A DNA stretch of 64,000 nucleotides from a virus: positions 1 to 64,000 of IMG/VR virus record IMGVR_UViG_3300030098_006058; one strand, written 5' to 3'. This document shows, in pieces, positions 1 to 6,965 of this stretch. The position numbers and the translations under genes were made by a program. Numbering within the stretch: position 1 is the first letter of the stretch; every line of letters starts with the position of its first letter. The notes beneath the pieces are model-generated. The model was not told the DNA's origin and did no database searches. It saw only the letters and a program-made list of their open reading frames with translations.

Positions 1-8
1 TTTGTGAA

Positions 9-520
9 GAAGACTATCAAATGCATATTCATATGAGGGTAATTTAATAGTCTTCAACTCCAACCAAGAGTTATGTTGTTAAAATTAAAACTATAACTAC
101 AACAGTCTACTTAAGTAGTGTAAGGGATCCTCCTTTAGAGTCTATAGTCCTCTTGTTTAAGTGTTACTATTATTCACACAACGTAAAGGGAAACGTATTT
201 CCTTCTTGCATAGCTGTAGTTATAGTTAGATTATCACTATTTCTAGGCTTATAAAAAGAAAAGGAGAGGAGGATCCACCCCCAAGGTTTCATTATACCTC
301 TCCCAATCTCTTCAATACCGTGAAAAAAATGTAACTATAATGTTACTGTAACGCTTCATTTCCCGGAGCTCTCCCAGGATCCACTTTGCATATCATTAAT
401 CAAAATGATAATCACAGTAACATTATTTAAAGTGACAGTTACTATCACTGAGTTATGAGTTTAATACTTTGCGGGTTCTCCAACCTCGGACTGTTCCAAT
501 AAATAATAATAACTCAGTTA
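9..520 (-). ncRNA. Cluster of tandem structured RNA-like elements (long closing stems enclosing internal hairpins)
   Basis: Inverted repeats at 9-17/47-55, 89-101/215-227 (13 bp), 337-349/414-426 (13 bp) and 447-456/509-518 (10 bp). Two of the stems extend by G-U pairs only when read on the minus strand. No ORF of 60 aa or more lies here. Confidence 0.5.
253..304 (-). terminator. Possible intrinsic terminator with a large loop
   Basis: Minus strand reads GGAGAGG...CCTCTCC followed by TTTTCTTTTT. Confidence 0.45.
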
Positions 521-531
521 TTATCGTTCGT

Positions 532-563
532 CCTAAATTTAGCAAAGGTTATAGATCTAGTGT
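532..563 (-). promoter_or_regulatory. Repeated motif copy 1 (candidate phage-RNAP promoter)
   Basis: Minus strand ACACTAGATCTATAACCTTTGCTAAATTTAGG, directly downstream of a terminator. Confidence 0.55.
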
Positions 564-566
564 GTT

Positions 567-597
567 AAAAAAAAGAGGAGTACCGTAGTACTCCCCT
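567..597 (-). terminator. Rho-independent terminator
   Basis: Minus strand GGGGAGTAC-TACG-GTACTCCTC-TTTTTTTT, just after the stop of ORF 612..860. Confidence 0.9.
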
Positions 598-611
598 TAC
601 ACATGAGCTGA

Positions 612-860
612 TTAGAAGCAAAGCATAACTGGTTCACCCGATCCATCAGATAAATCTGATCTTAGATCTGTGATAAGCTCTTCATTACCTTTTACAGTAA
701 TCATCTTATCGAATGCACCATTTAGCTTGAACTTACGATCTGCAGTTTTCTCTAGTTGTTTGTGAACACCTAGGAATACTACAACTCGTCCGTCTTCTAG
801 TACACGCTCAGGAGATACAGATATAATCTCTATCTCTCTTGTGTTACTTGAATTTGTCAT
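612..860 (-). CDS. Hypothetical early protein, 82 aa
   Basis: ORF track; lies between a motif copy upstream and a terminator downstream. Confidence 0.75.
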   Translation of the reverse strand: MTNSSNTREIEIISVSPERVLEDGRVVVFLGVHKQLEKTADRKFKLNGAFDKMITVKGNEELITDLRSDLSDGSGEPVMLCF

Positions 861-941
861 AGCTTAACGAATTACAAGGTTATGGATGGAACAATTCTCT
901 TAGCCACAGTTTATCTGTGTTAGGTCTATAAGACCTGCTCT

Positions 942-971
942 CCATAGATTAATACAGGTTCTATCTAGTGT
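942..971 (-). promoter_or_regulatory. Repeated motif copy 2
   Basis: Minus strand ACACTAGATAGAACCTGTATTAATCTATGG. Confidence 0.55.
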
Positions 972-994
972 TATTGTGGACACTACTGTACAAT

Positions 995-1024
995 CCATAT
1001 ATAAGAAGAGGTATGATATAGTGT
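995..1024 (-). promoter_or_regulatory. Repeated motif copy 3
   Basis: Minus strand ACACTATATCATACCTCTTCTTATATATGG, directly downstream of a terminator. Confidence 0.55.
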
Positions 1025-1030
1025 ATTGTT

Positions 1031-1060
1031 AAAAAAAGAGAGGCCAATGTGACCTCTCTC
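1031..1060 (-). terminator. Rho-independent terminator
   Basis: Minus strand GAGAGAGGTC-ACATT-GGCCTCTC-TTTTTTT, downstream of ORF 1102..1470. Confidence 0.85.
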
Positions 1061-1101
1061 TTCCTAGTTACTTAGATAACTTTGCTTTCAGCTGTTCTAC
1101 C

Positions 1102-1470
1102 TCATCTTCTAGCTGATCTAGAGCGATGTTCTTGTATCTGTATGTGATACTCACGTTCTAGCTCTTTAGCTCTATCTAGCTTCTCTTGTAGCTCTACAGT
1201 CTTCTCATGACCTTCTAGCAACATAAGATGTCCATGATACTCATTCATAGCATCCTGATGTTCTGCTATCTCAAGCTCAACCTTAAGCTTGGCTAACTTG
1301 GTTTGCATTGCATCCAATGAGTCATATGCATAGATACGTGGAAACATCTTAACAGTTGATTTACCACCTCGCATCTTAATCTCAATGGCATGCTCACACA
1401 CCTTGATCGCAAGCCTTAGCTTAGTTTGAGTTACAGACTTATTAACTAACGTATTCATTAAACTCTTCAT
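1102..1470 (-). CDS. Hypothetical helical/coiled-coil early protein, 122 aa
   Basis: ORF track; A/T-rich leader; bracketed by motif copy 4 and a terminator. Confidence 0.8.
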   Translation of the reverse strand: MKSLMNTLVNKSVTQTKLRLAIKVCEHAIEIKMRGGKSTVKMFPRIYAYDSLDAMQTKLAKLKVELEIAEHQDAMNEYHGHLMLLEGHEKTVELQEKLDRAKELEREYHIQIQEHRSRSARR

Positions 1471-1534
1471 AATAATAGATTTAATAGGTTAATGGTATGA
1501 TACAGAGCTACCATTCATGCTTCACTCTGTACTA

Positions 1535-1566
1535 CCTATCATAAGAACAGGTATATGATATAGTGT
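1535..1566 (-). promoter_or_regulatory. Repeated motif copy 4
   Basis: Minus strand ACACTATATCATATACCTGTTCTTATGATAGG. Confidence 0.55.
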
Positions 1567-1697
1567 TGAGTATATAATGCTATATATTTCATGTACGGGG
1601 GGTTTGATTCACTCTTTGGGAGGGGGGAGTTTTCCAATAATGGTCTGCATCTCTGAATACTTACCATCAAAAAAAATATTATAAAAAAATTTTTTTT

Positions 1698-1719
1698 ATT
1701 GAAAATTTAATTATATTTG
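1698..1719 (+). promoter_or_regulatory. Bacteroidota sigma70-type promoter
   Basis: TTG at about 1699 and TATATTTG (TAnnTTTG, the -7 element) at 1712-1719, upstream of the first + strand ORF. Confidence 0.65.
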
Positions 1720-1748
1720 TTTCTTATTAATATTTAAACTATAGCGAA

Positions 1749-1925
1749 ATGAATTTTATAAACTCATGGAAAAAAGGAAATAAAAAAAATAAAATTAAAA
1801 TAGCATTGAGACTAGGAACACTTACTATTCTGGAAATTTATATGTGTTTTTCATCAATGTGTGAGAAGGATTGTAAATGTCCAAGAGCAAGATTTATGGT
1901 TCTTAACTTTGGATTTGAAATATAA
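1749..1925 (+). CDS. Small protein, 58 aa (not in ORF track)
   Basis: Manual translation MNFINSWKKGNKKNKIKIALRLGTLTILEIYMCFSSMCEKDCKCPRARFMVLNFGFEI; first ORF after the promoter. Confidence 0.7.
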   Translation: MNFINSWKKGNKKNKIKIALRLGTLTILEIYMCFSSMCEKDCKCPRARFMVLNFGFEI

Positions 1926-1996
1926 TGTGTCCTTGTCCAATATGTATAGTAGCAGCCGTTGTTGTTGCTATAGGAGTAAAGGTGATTAAAAGATAA
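1925..1996 (+). CDS. Putative 23-aa membrane micropeptide (not in ORF track)
   Basis: MCPCPICIVAAVVVAIGVKVIKR; TAATG-coupled to the previous ORF and fills the gap up to 2001. Confidence 0.5.
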   Translation: MCPCPICIVAAVVVAIGVKVIKR

Positions 1997-2000
1997 TATA

Positions 2001-2552
2001 ATGGCAAAACAAAAAACACTTGATGAATTAAGAGCTGAAGCCCATAAAAAAGTATTAGAAAATATCGAAAAGAATAAAGGGAAAAAACCTAATTATTCTA
2101 ATGAAGAGGATACGAGTTGTGGAATGTTACCAGAACAAGTACCTATTGTAAATAGAGATGAAGCTAAAAAAATGTATGATAAATTACATTTAAGTTATGA
2201 GTATACAGGTAGAACTAATGATGGAACTAATAGAAAAATATGGACATTAGTAGATCCTAATAAAGAGATTGTGGGGAAAATGAAAACTTCTAAGAATAGA
2301 ATGATTAATCCGAGACCTAAAGGTCCTTGGGATGAACAATTCTCTTATATGAGCCTTTTTCATTATTATGATCATATACCAAATAAAGAAGTAAACTTTC
2401 TTCCAAGTACAACTTATTATATGAAAGAACGTGAGAATACACCACTTAATAAAGAAATGAAAAAGAGAGTAGAAGCTGGAGAGAAACTACCAGAAAGTTT
2501 TGAAGAAATGTTTAAATTGAAAAAAGAAATAGAAGATAGCGGGTTAGAGTAG
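2001..2552 (+). CDS. Hypothetical protein, 183 aa
   Basis: ORF track; the 3' end overlaps the tRNA. Confidence 0.8.
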   Translation: MAKQKTLDELRAEAHKKVLENIEKNKGKKPNYSNEEDTSCGMLPEQVPIVNRDEAKKMYDKLHLSYEYTGRTNDGTNRKIWTLVDPNKEIVGKMKTSKNRMINPRPKGPWDEQFSYMSLFHYYDHIPNKEVNFLPSTTYYMKERENTPLNKEMKKRVEAGEKLPESFEEMFKLKKEIEDSGLE

Positions 2553-2609
2553 TGGTTACTCACGGGTTTCATTAGCCCGTCTAGGTTGGTTCGATTCCAG
2601 CACCCGCAA
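2538..2609 (+). tRNA. tRNA with CAT anticodon, initiator (fMet)-like, no encoded CCA
   Basis: Cloverleaf: acceptor AGCGGGT/ACCCGCA with a 1:72 mismatch, D arm GAGT/ACTC, anticodon arm CGGGT-TTCATTA-GCCCG, T arm GTTGG-TTCGATT-CCAGC. Confidence 0.9.
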
Positions 2610-2638
2610 CTAATATAAATAATATAATATAAATAATA

Positions 2639-2947
2639 ATGGCAAAAACAGAATTAAGTCAAATTAATCAATCCATCAGAACTGGTGATCAGACTAGGTT
2701 AGGATGTGGTGCTACGTATATTGCAGCAGGTTCTGTATATAGTGGAGATTGGGTAGCTATACAATCTATCAGTACTACAGATGTAGTATTAAAAGTTAGT
2801 GGTACAGCAGAAACTATAGTAGATTGGGAAGGGGTAGCAGGTGATATCACATTAGAATCTACTGTTGGAACAAGTCCGATATGGTATGGAAACTTCACAC
2901 AGATTGAAGTAGATGCTGGAATACTATTAGCGTATAAACGTTGCTAA
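2639..2947 (+). CDS. Hypothetical beta-rich protein, possibly virion-associated
   Basis: ORF track; G/T/V-rich composition. Confidence 0.75.
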   Translation: MAKTELSQINQSIRTGDQTRLGCGATYIAAGSVYSGDWVAIQSISTTDVVLKVSGTAETIVDWEGVAGDITLESTVGTSPIWYGNFTQIEVDAGILLAYKRC

Positions 2948-2950
2948 TGC

Positions 2951-3148
2951 ATGGATAGAATAATAAAAAAATTAGCTGAGGAATATAATTTACCAGAACA
3001 GGTAATTGAAAGTATTGTTAGATCTCAGTTTAAATTTGTATGTGATAAAATGCAAGATGATGAATGTTTAAAAATAAGATTACATCATTTTGGAGTATTT
3101 AAAATTAAACCTAAAAGATTATATGTAATAAATGGAGAGATTGAGTGA
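2951..3148 (+). CDS. HU/IHF-like DNA-binding protein
   Basis: Pattern IIKKLAEEYNL...IVRSQF...IRLHHFGVFKIK resembles the HU fold, as seen in crAss-like phages. Confidence 0.7.
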   Translation: MDRIIKKLAEEYNLPEQVIESIVRSQFKFVCDKMQDDECLKIRLHHFGVFKIKPKRLYVINGEIE

Positions 3149-3329
3149 TAAAGTAATAAAAACTTCTAAATCTGCTATAGAAAATAAATTATCTATAATA
3201 AGTAGATTATTAGCTAAAGAAAAGGCTAAAGAAGAACCGGATGAATTAATTATAGAAGATCTAACATTTAGAATAAAATCTTTTACTGGAAAGATAGGAA
3301 AGATAAATAAATTAATTAATAGAGAATGA
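3132..3329 (+). CDS. Hypothetical protein, 65 aa
   Basis: ORF track; overlaps its neighbours in an operon-like arrangement. Confidence 0.65.
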   Translation: MERLSDKVIKTSKSAIENKLSIISRLLAKEKAKEEPDELIIEDLTFRIKSFTGKIGKINKLINRE

Positions 3330-3637
3330 TATTACAATATCTTGAACGAGCATTTAGGAATAATAGAAAAGATACTGGTCTTAGAGCCTTATCACAATTT
3401 GTAAAAAAATCAAAAAAGAAAGGTAATGTATCTACTTGGGATATTAGATTAAAAGGGACAGAATTAGATCCTACTAATCCTGATGGAATAGAATATAATA
3501 AACCGGCAAGGTTTTTAACGTCAAAAGAAACAGATAAATATATATATAATATGAGTAAAAGACGTAAACCAACTAAAGTATCAAATAGAAAGAACTTTAG
3601 AATAGTTGATTATACCGAAAGAAAAAATAGAATATAA
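3326..3637 (+). CDS. Hypothetical basic protein, 103 aa
   Basis: ORF track; ATGA and TAATG coupling to neighbours. Confidence 0.7.
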   Translation: MILQYLERAFRNNRKDTGLRALSQFVKKSKKKGNVSTWDIRLKGTELDPTNPDGIEYNKPARFLTSKETDKYIYNMSKRRKPTKVSNRKNFRIVDYTERKNRI

Positions 3638-4179
3638 TGGCATCATTATTCGATCTGAAAGGAGGACAAATAGTATTAAATCCAGAATCATTAGCTATCC
3701 CTATATTTAATAAGATCTGGAAAAGGGATAAATCTAAATCTAAAGATAGAGCAAATAAAGAAATTGCATATATATTTTTTATGTGTGATTTTAATAGTCC
3801 TTATATGGCTTATCCTGGTTCTAAAAGACGGGATATTATTTTAAATGATTTTATGAAAGATACTAAATGGACAGAGGATAAAGAGATAAAAGAAGCCATG
3901 AATAAATATTTAGAATTCCAAGAAACTCATACAATGAGACTAATGAAAGCAGCTAAAGGAGCTGCAGATAAATTAGCAATGTACTTTGAGCACATTGATT
4001 TTACCGAAATAGGTGAAAATGGAAGACCACGTTACAATGCAAAAGATGTAGCAATTAATTTAGAAAAAGTAGGAAGTATTGTAGAAAGTTTAGATAAATT
4101 AGAAAATAAAATTAAGAAAGAAATTAAGACTGATTCCCGTGTACGTGGTGGTGGGGATATAGGTCTTTATGAACGTTAA
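3637..4179 (+). CDS. Conserved crAss-like protein, candidate terminase small subunit
   Basis: Motifs IWKRDKSKSKDRA..EIAYIFFMCDFNSPY and C-terminal RVRGG; helical; lies upstream of TerL. The function is inferred. Confidence 0.55.
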   Translation: MASLFDLKGGQIVLNPESLAIPIFNKIWKRDKSKSKDRANKEIAYIFFMCDFNSPYMAYPGSKRRDIILNDFMKDTKWTEDKEIKEAMNKYLEFQETHTMRLMKAAKGAADKLAMYFEHIDFTEIGENGRPRYNAKDVAINLEKVGSIVESLDKLENKIKKEIKTDSRVRGGGDIGLYER

Positions 4180-4684
4180 AATAATTATTATGGGATGTGG
4201 ATGTAATAAAGGTAAAAAAAATAAACCTACTACCAATATATTAAAAGAGACCTTACAAAAAGCAGTAGCAGAAAGTAAAGGTGATCCGATTAATATTGTT
4301 GCACCAGTTAGAAATGGTAAGCTTCAAACTCCTAAACTTGTAGATAAAGCTACAATGGATAGGGTTAAAAAGAATCAAGATGCAAGAATTAAAGAGCATA
4401 AAAAAGGAGTTAAACCACCAAGCTTAATGAAACGTGCATTCAACTTTGCTAAGGCTACAAAAGAATATGTTAAAGATGGTATGCAGAATGTTGATAAAGC
4501 TATATATATAAAAAGATTGGAAATTTGTAAAAGATGTCCTATATTTAACGCGGAAAAAGGAACATGTAATAAATGTGGATGTTTTATGGAAATAAAAGCT
4601 AAATGGAAAGTTTCTACATGTCCTGATGAGCCATCAAGGTGGCCAGATCCAAATATAAAAGTAAAAGAATATGGCGATAACTAG
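4169..4684 (+). CDS. Cys-cluster protein (DUF6171-like C-terminal domain)
   Basis: RLEICKRCP...CNKCGCFMEIKAKW...CP...W; N-terminal MGCGCNK suggests the true start is near 4190. Confidence 0.65.
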   Translation: MNVKIIIMGCGCNKGKKNKPTTNILKETLQKAVAESKGDPINIVAPVRNGKLQTPKLVDKATMDRVKKNQDARIKEHKKGVKPPSLMKRAFNFAKATKEYVKDGMQNVDKAIYIKRLEICKRCPIFNAEKGTCNKCGCFMEIKAKWKVSTCPDEPSRWPDPNIKVKEYGDN

Positions 4685-4910
4685 AAAAACTTTAAAAGAA
4701 AAGTATAAATTCGAACCGGTTAAAGGTAACGAAAAAGTATTAACACGAAGAATAGGTGAAGCAGAAACTATAGATGTATTTGGAAGCGCTCTTTGTTATA
4801 GAGGAGAAGTTATGGCTACTCTTGAATGTATGAGTAATGATAGGTTTGGAGAATATTTGGAGAGATTAATTAGAAGTTTAAAAAGAAGAAATGAAATTAA
4901 AAGTAATTAG
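4671..4910 (+). CDS. Hypothetical protein, 79 aa
   Basis: ORF track. Confidence 0.65.
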   Translation: MAITRKTLKEKYKFEPVKGNEKVLTRRIGEAETIDVFGSALCYRGEVMATLECMSNDRFGEYLERLIRSLKRRNEIKSN

Positions 4911-5361
4911 AATTAGCAGTGAATCAGATTCAACATCGGGATTATTATTTGATATTACCGATCCTGATAATAAAAAATTTTTAGCTTATACATTGGAAGA
5001 TGAAAAAAGAAAAGAAAAAGTTATGCATGAAACAAGAGTACCGGCTGGAGAATATCCGGTTGTACTTAGAACAGAAGGTGGGTATCATAATAAATATTCT
5101 AAAAGATTTTCTGACTTTCATGTTGGTATGTTGCATATTATTGATATACCTAATTTTGAGTATATTCTTATTCATTGTGGTAATACCGATGAAGATACTA
5201 GTGGATGCTTACTTGTTGGAGACTCCCAAGAAAATAACCAAGTCAAGAAGGACGGTTTTATAGGAGCATCTACACAAGCATACAGAAGAATATATCCAAA
5301 GATAGCAAAAGCTTTAGAAAATGGAGAAGAAGTAACAATTAAATATGTAGATTATGCGTAA
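4891..5361 (+). CDS. DUF5675-like protein, putative endolysin (L,D-peptidase-like)
   Basis: YTLED...TRVPAGEY...ILIHCGNTDEDTSGCLLVG pattern with a His/Cys pair. Confidence 0.8.
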   Translation: MKLKVIRISSESDSTSGLLFDITDPDNKKFLAYTLEDEKRKEKVMHETRVPAGEYPVVLRTEGGYHNKYSKRFSDFHVGMLHIIDIPNFEYILIHCGNTDEDTSGCLLVGDSQENNQVKKDGFIGASTQAYRRIYPKIAKALENGEEVTIKYVDYA

Positions 5362-5635
5362 TAGAACTGATCAAGAATTATTAGATGAAGCAATGGATAA
5401 TGCTTATAAAGTTGTAATGGGCTTAACTACTGTAGATGATATATTAGATAGTGATAAAGAAGAAGTTGTATTACCTTTTGATATGACACAAGATAATGCA
5501 TATGATGTAACAAAACTTATTGAGTTATTGGTATATTATTATGAAGGTGAAGAATGGTATGAAAGATGTGCAGCTTTAACAAAATTAACAAAGAATGGCA
5601 AAAAGAACGCAGTTTTTATTCGAACAGAAGAGTAA
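5354..5635 (+). CDS. Hypothetical protein, 93 aa
   Basis: ORF track; C-terminal EEWYERCAAL helical hairpin. Confidence 0.7.
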   Translation: MRNRTDQELLDEAMDNAYKVVMGLTTVDDILDSDKEEVVLPFDMTQDNAYDVTKLIELLVYYYEGEEWYERCAALTKLTKNGKKNAVFIRTEE

Positions 5636-5729
5636 AGTAACAAGAAGAGGAGTACATGCTAAAAGCGGTTCTTCTAAAAGTAAAAGTAGTAAAAATTATA
5701 AAAAACCATATAATAGACAAGGAAGATAA
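5595..5729 (+). CDS. Small highly basic protein, 44 aa (not in ORF track)
   Basis: MAKRTQFLFEQKSKVTRRGVHAKSGSSKSKSSKNYKKPYNRQGR; the stop is TAATG-coupled to 5729. Confidence 0.7.
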   Translation: MAKRTQFLFEQKSKVTRRGVHAKSGSSKSKSSKNYKKPYNRQGR

Positions 5730-6775
5730 TGAAAAATTTAATATTAATATTATTATTTTGTTTTAGTTTTGTAAACGGACAAAATAATTTTTTTAAATAC
5801 TCTACCTTTTATACATCGATGTCAATGGGTACATCTATGATAGAAAGGGAAGATTATATAGCAATAGATAAAGGTTATGAGGATGTAACGTGGGTCTCAC
5901 CTTATGACTATAATTTAACAGTAGGTCTACGAAAAATAGCAAGATTTGATTATGAACATAAAGTTAAAACATGGTATTATGGTACTGAAGACAATGTTGC
6001 AGATAATGTTACTATTGGTAACAGTGTTGGTTGGGAGTATCTTTTTAATTATTCATTTATACGGAATCGTGGTGATAAATATACTGAGCAAAATTTCTGG
6101 CTTAGATACCTTGGAAATAGCTACGTCACCAAAATCCAATATACAGATAACCAAAGAGTAGATCTAAAGTTTACATCTCTAGATACTCGTTATCGAATAA
6201 ATAAAGGTAATTGGGATTTTACAATAGGAGCAGTTTTAAGAATACACCCAGCATACGGAATTAATCCTATTGAAGACTTTTGGATACCAGGTGAATCAAC
6301 ATTTCAAGATCTAGCAGAAGATTTTGGTTATGTTCCAGAAATGTGGATTCAAGGTAATTATGTTAATCAGAATTGGTACGATGTTAGTGATGGGGATTCT
6401 ATTCTAATAGCAACATCAAATGATGAATTTTATACTTGGTGGTTTGGTGATGCAGTAGCATCATTTAATGAAAGGGAATTAGAAAAATTAGGTATGCAAA
6501 AAGAACTAAGTGCAGTATTAGGAATAGCATATTATAAATATACTCCTAAGTTTTGGTTACATGCATGGGCTAATATTCTTCCTTATCATCATGGATTAGA
6601 TGATTATTCTTATTCATATGAAGATGCAAAAGATATGATAGAATGGGATTCTGGTATTGTAACGGGTGTTAGACTTAATAAACATTTAGGGCTATTTGTT
6701 GAAGGTACTCATATGAAGTATTGGGGAAAGCCTGTGTTTGATCTTAAGTTTGGTTTTAACTATTTAATATTTTAA
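5729..6775 (+). CDS. Putative outer-membrane beta-barrel protein
   Basis: Sec signal peptide, aromatic-rich amphipathic strands and a BAM-type C-terminus FDLKFGFNYLIF. Confidence 0.7.
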   Translation: MKNLILILLFCFSFVNGQNNFFKYSTFYTSMSMGTSMIEREDYIAIDKGYEDVTWVSPYDYNLTVGLRKIARFDYEHKVKTWYYGTEDNVADNVTIGNSVGWEYLFNYSFIRNRGDKYTEQNFWLRYLGNSYVTKIQYTDNQRVDLKFTSLDTRYRINKGNWDFTIGAVLRIHPAYGINPIEDFWIPGESTFQDLAEDFGYVPEMWIQGNYVNQNWYDVSDGDSILIATSNDEFYTWWFGDAVASFNERELEKLGMQKELSAVLGIAYYKYTPKFWLHAWANILPYHHGLDDYSYSYEDAKDMIEWDSGIVTGVRLNKHLGLFVEGTHMKYWGKPVFDLKFGFNYLIF

Positions 6776-6777
6776 GA

Positions 6778-6963
6778 ATGAATTGGATAAAATTATTAGT
6801 AATAATATTACTAGCAGCAGGATGTTCAACGTTATTTAATCCTGAAATGTATAATCCTAATCCACGACCTGTGGTTGTTGAAGAGGAAGTAAAAGTTGAC
6901 ACAATAAAAATAACTATAAACGGTGTTGAAAAAATTATATTAGACACTTTAAAAACAGATTAA
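6778..6963 (+). CDS. Small lipoprotein
   Basis: Hydrophobic leader with lipobox LAAG-C, then a Pro-rich segment. Confidence 0.75.
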   Translation: MNWIKLLVIILLAAGCSTLFNPEMYNPNPRPVVVEEEVKVDTIKITINGVEKIILDTLKTD

Positions 6964-6965
6964 TA

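Noticed and set aside
1-600. Known self-cleaving ribozymes in the structured region
   Set aside because: I found no hammerhead core (CUGANGA...GAAA) or other ribozyme consensus by eye; a covariance-model search is still needed.
532-1566. Repeated motif read as a CRISPR or mini-array repeat
   Set aside because: Copies are degenerate, irregularly spaced (23 to 510 nt apart) and separated by genes and terminators; no cas genes are present.
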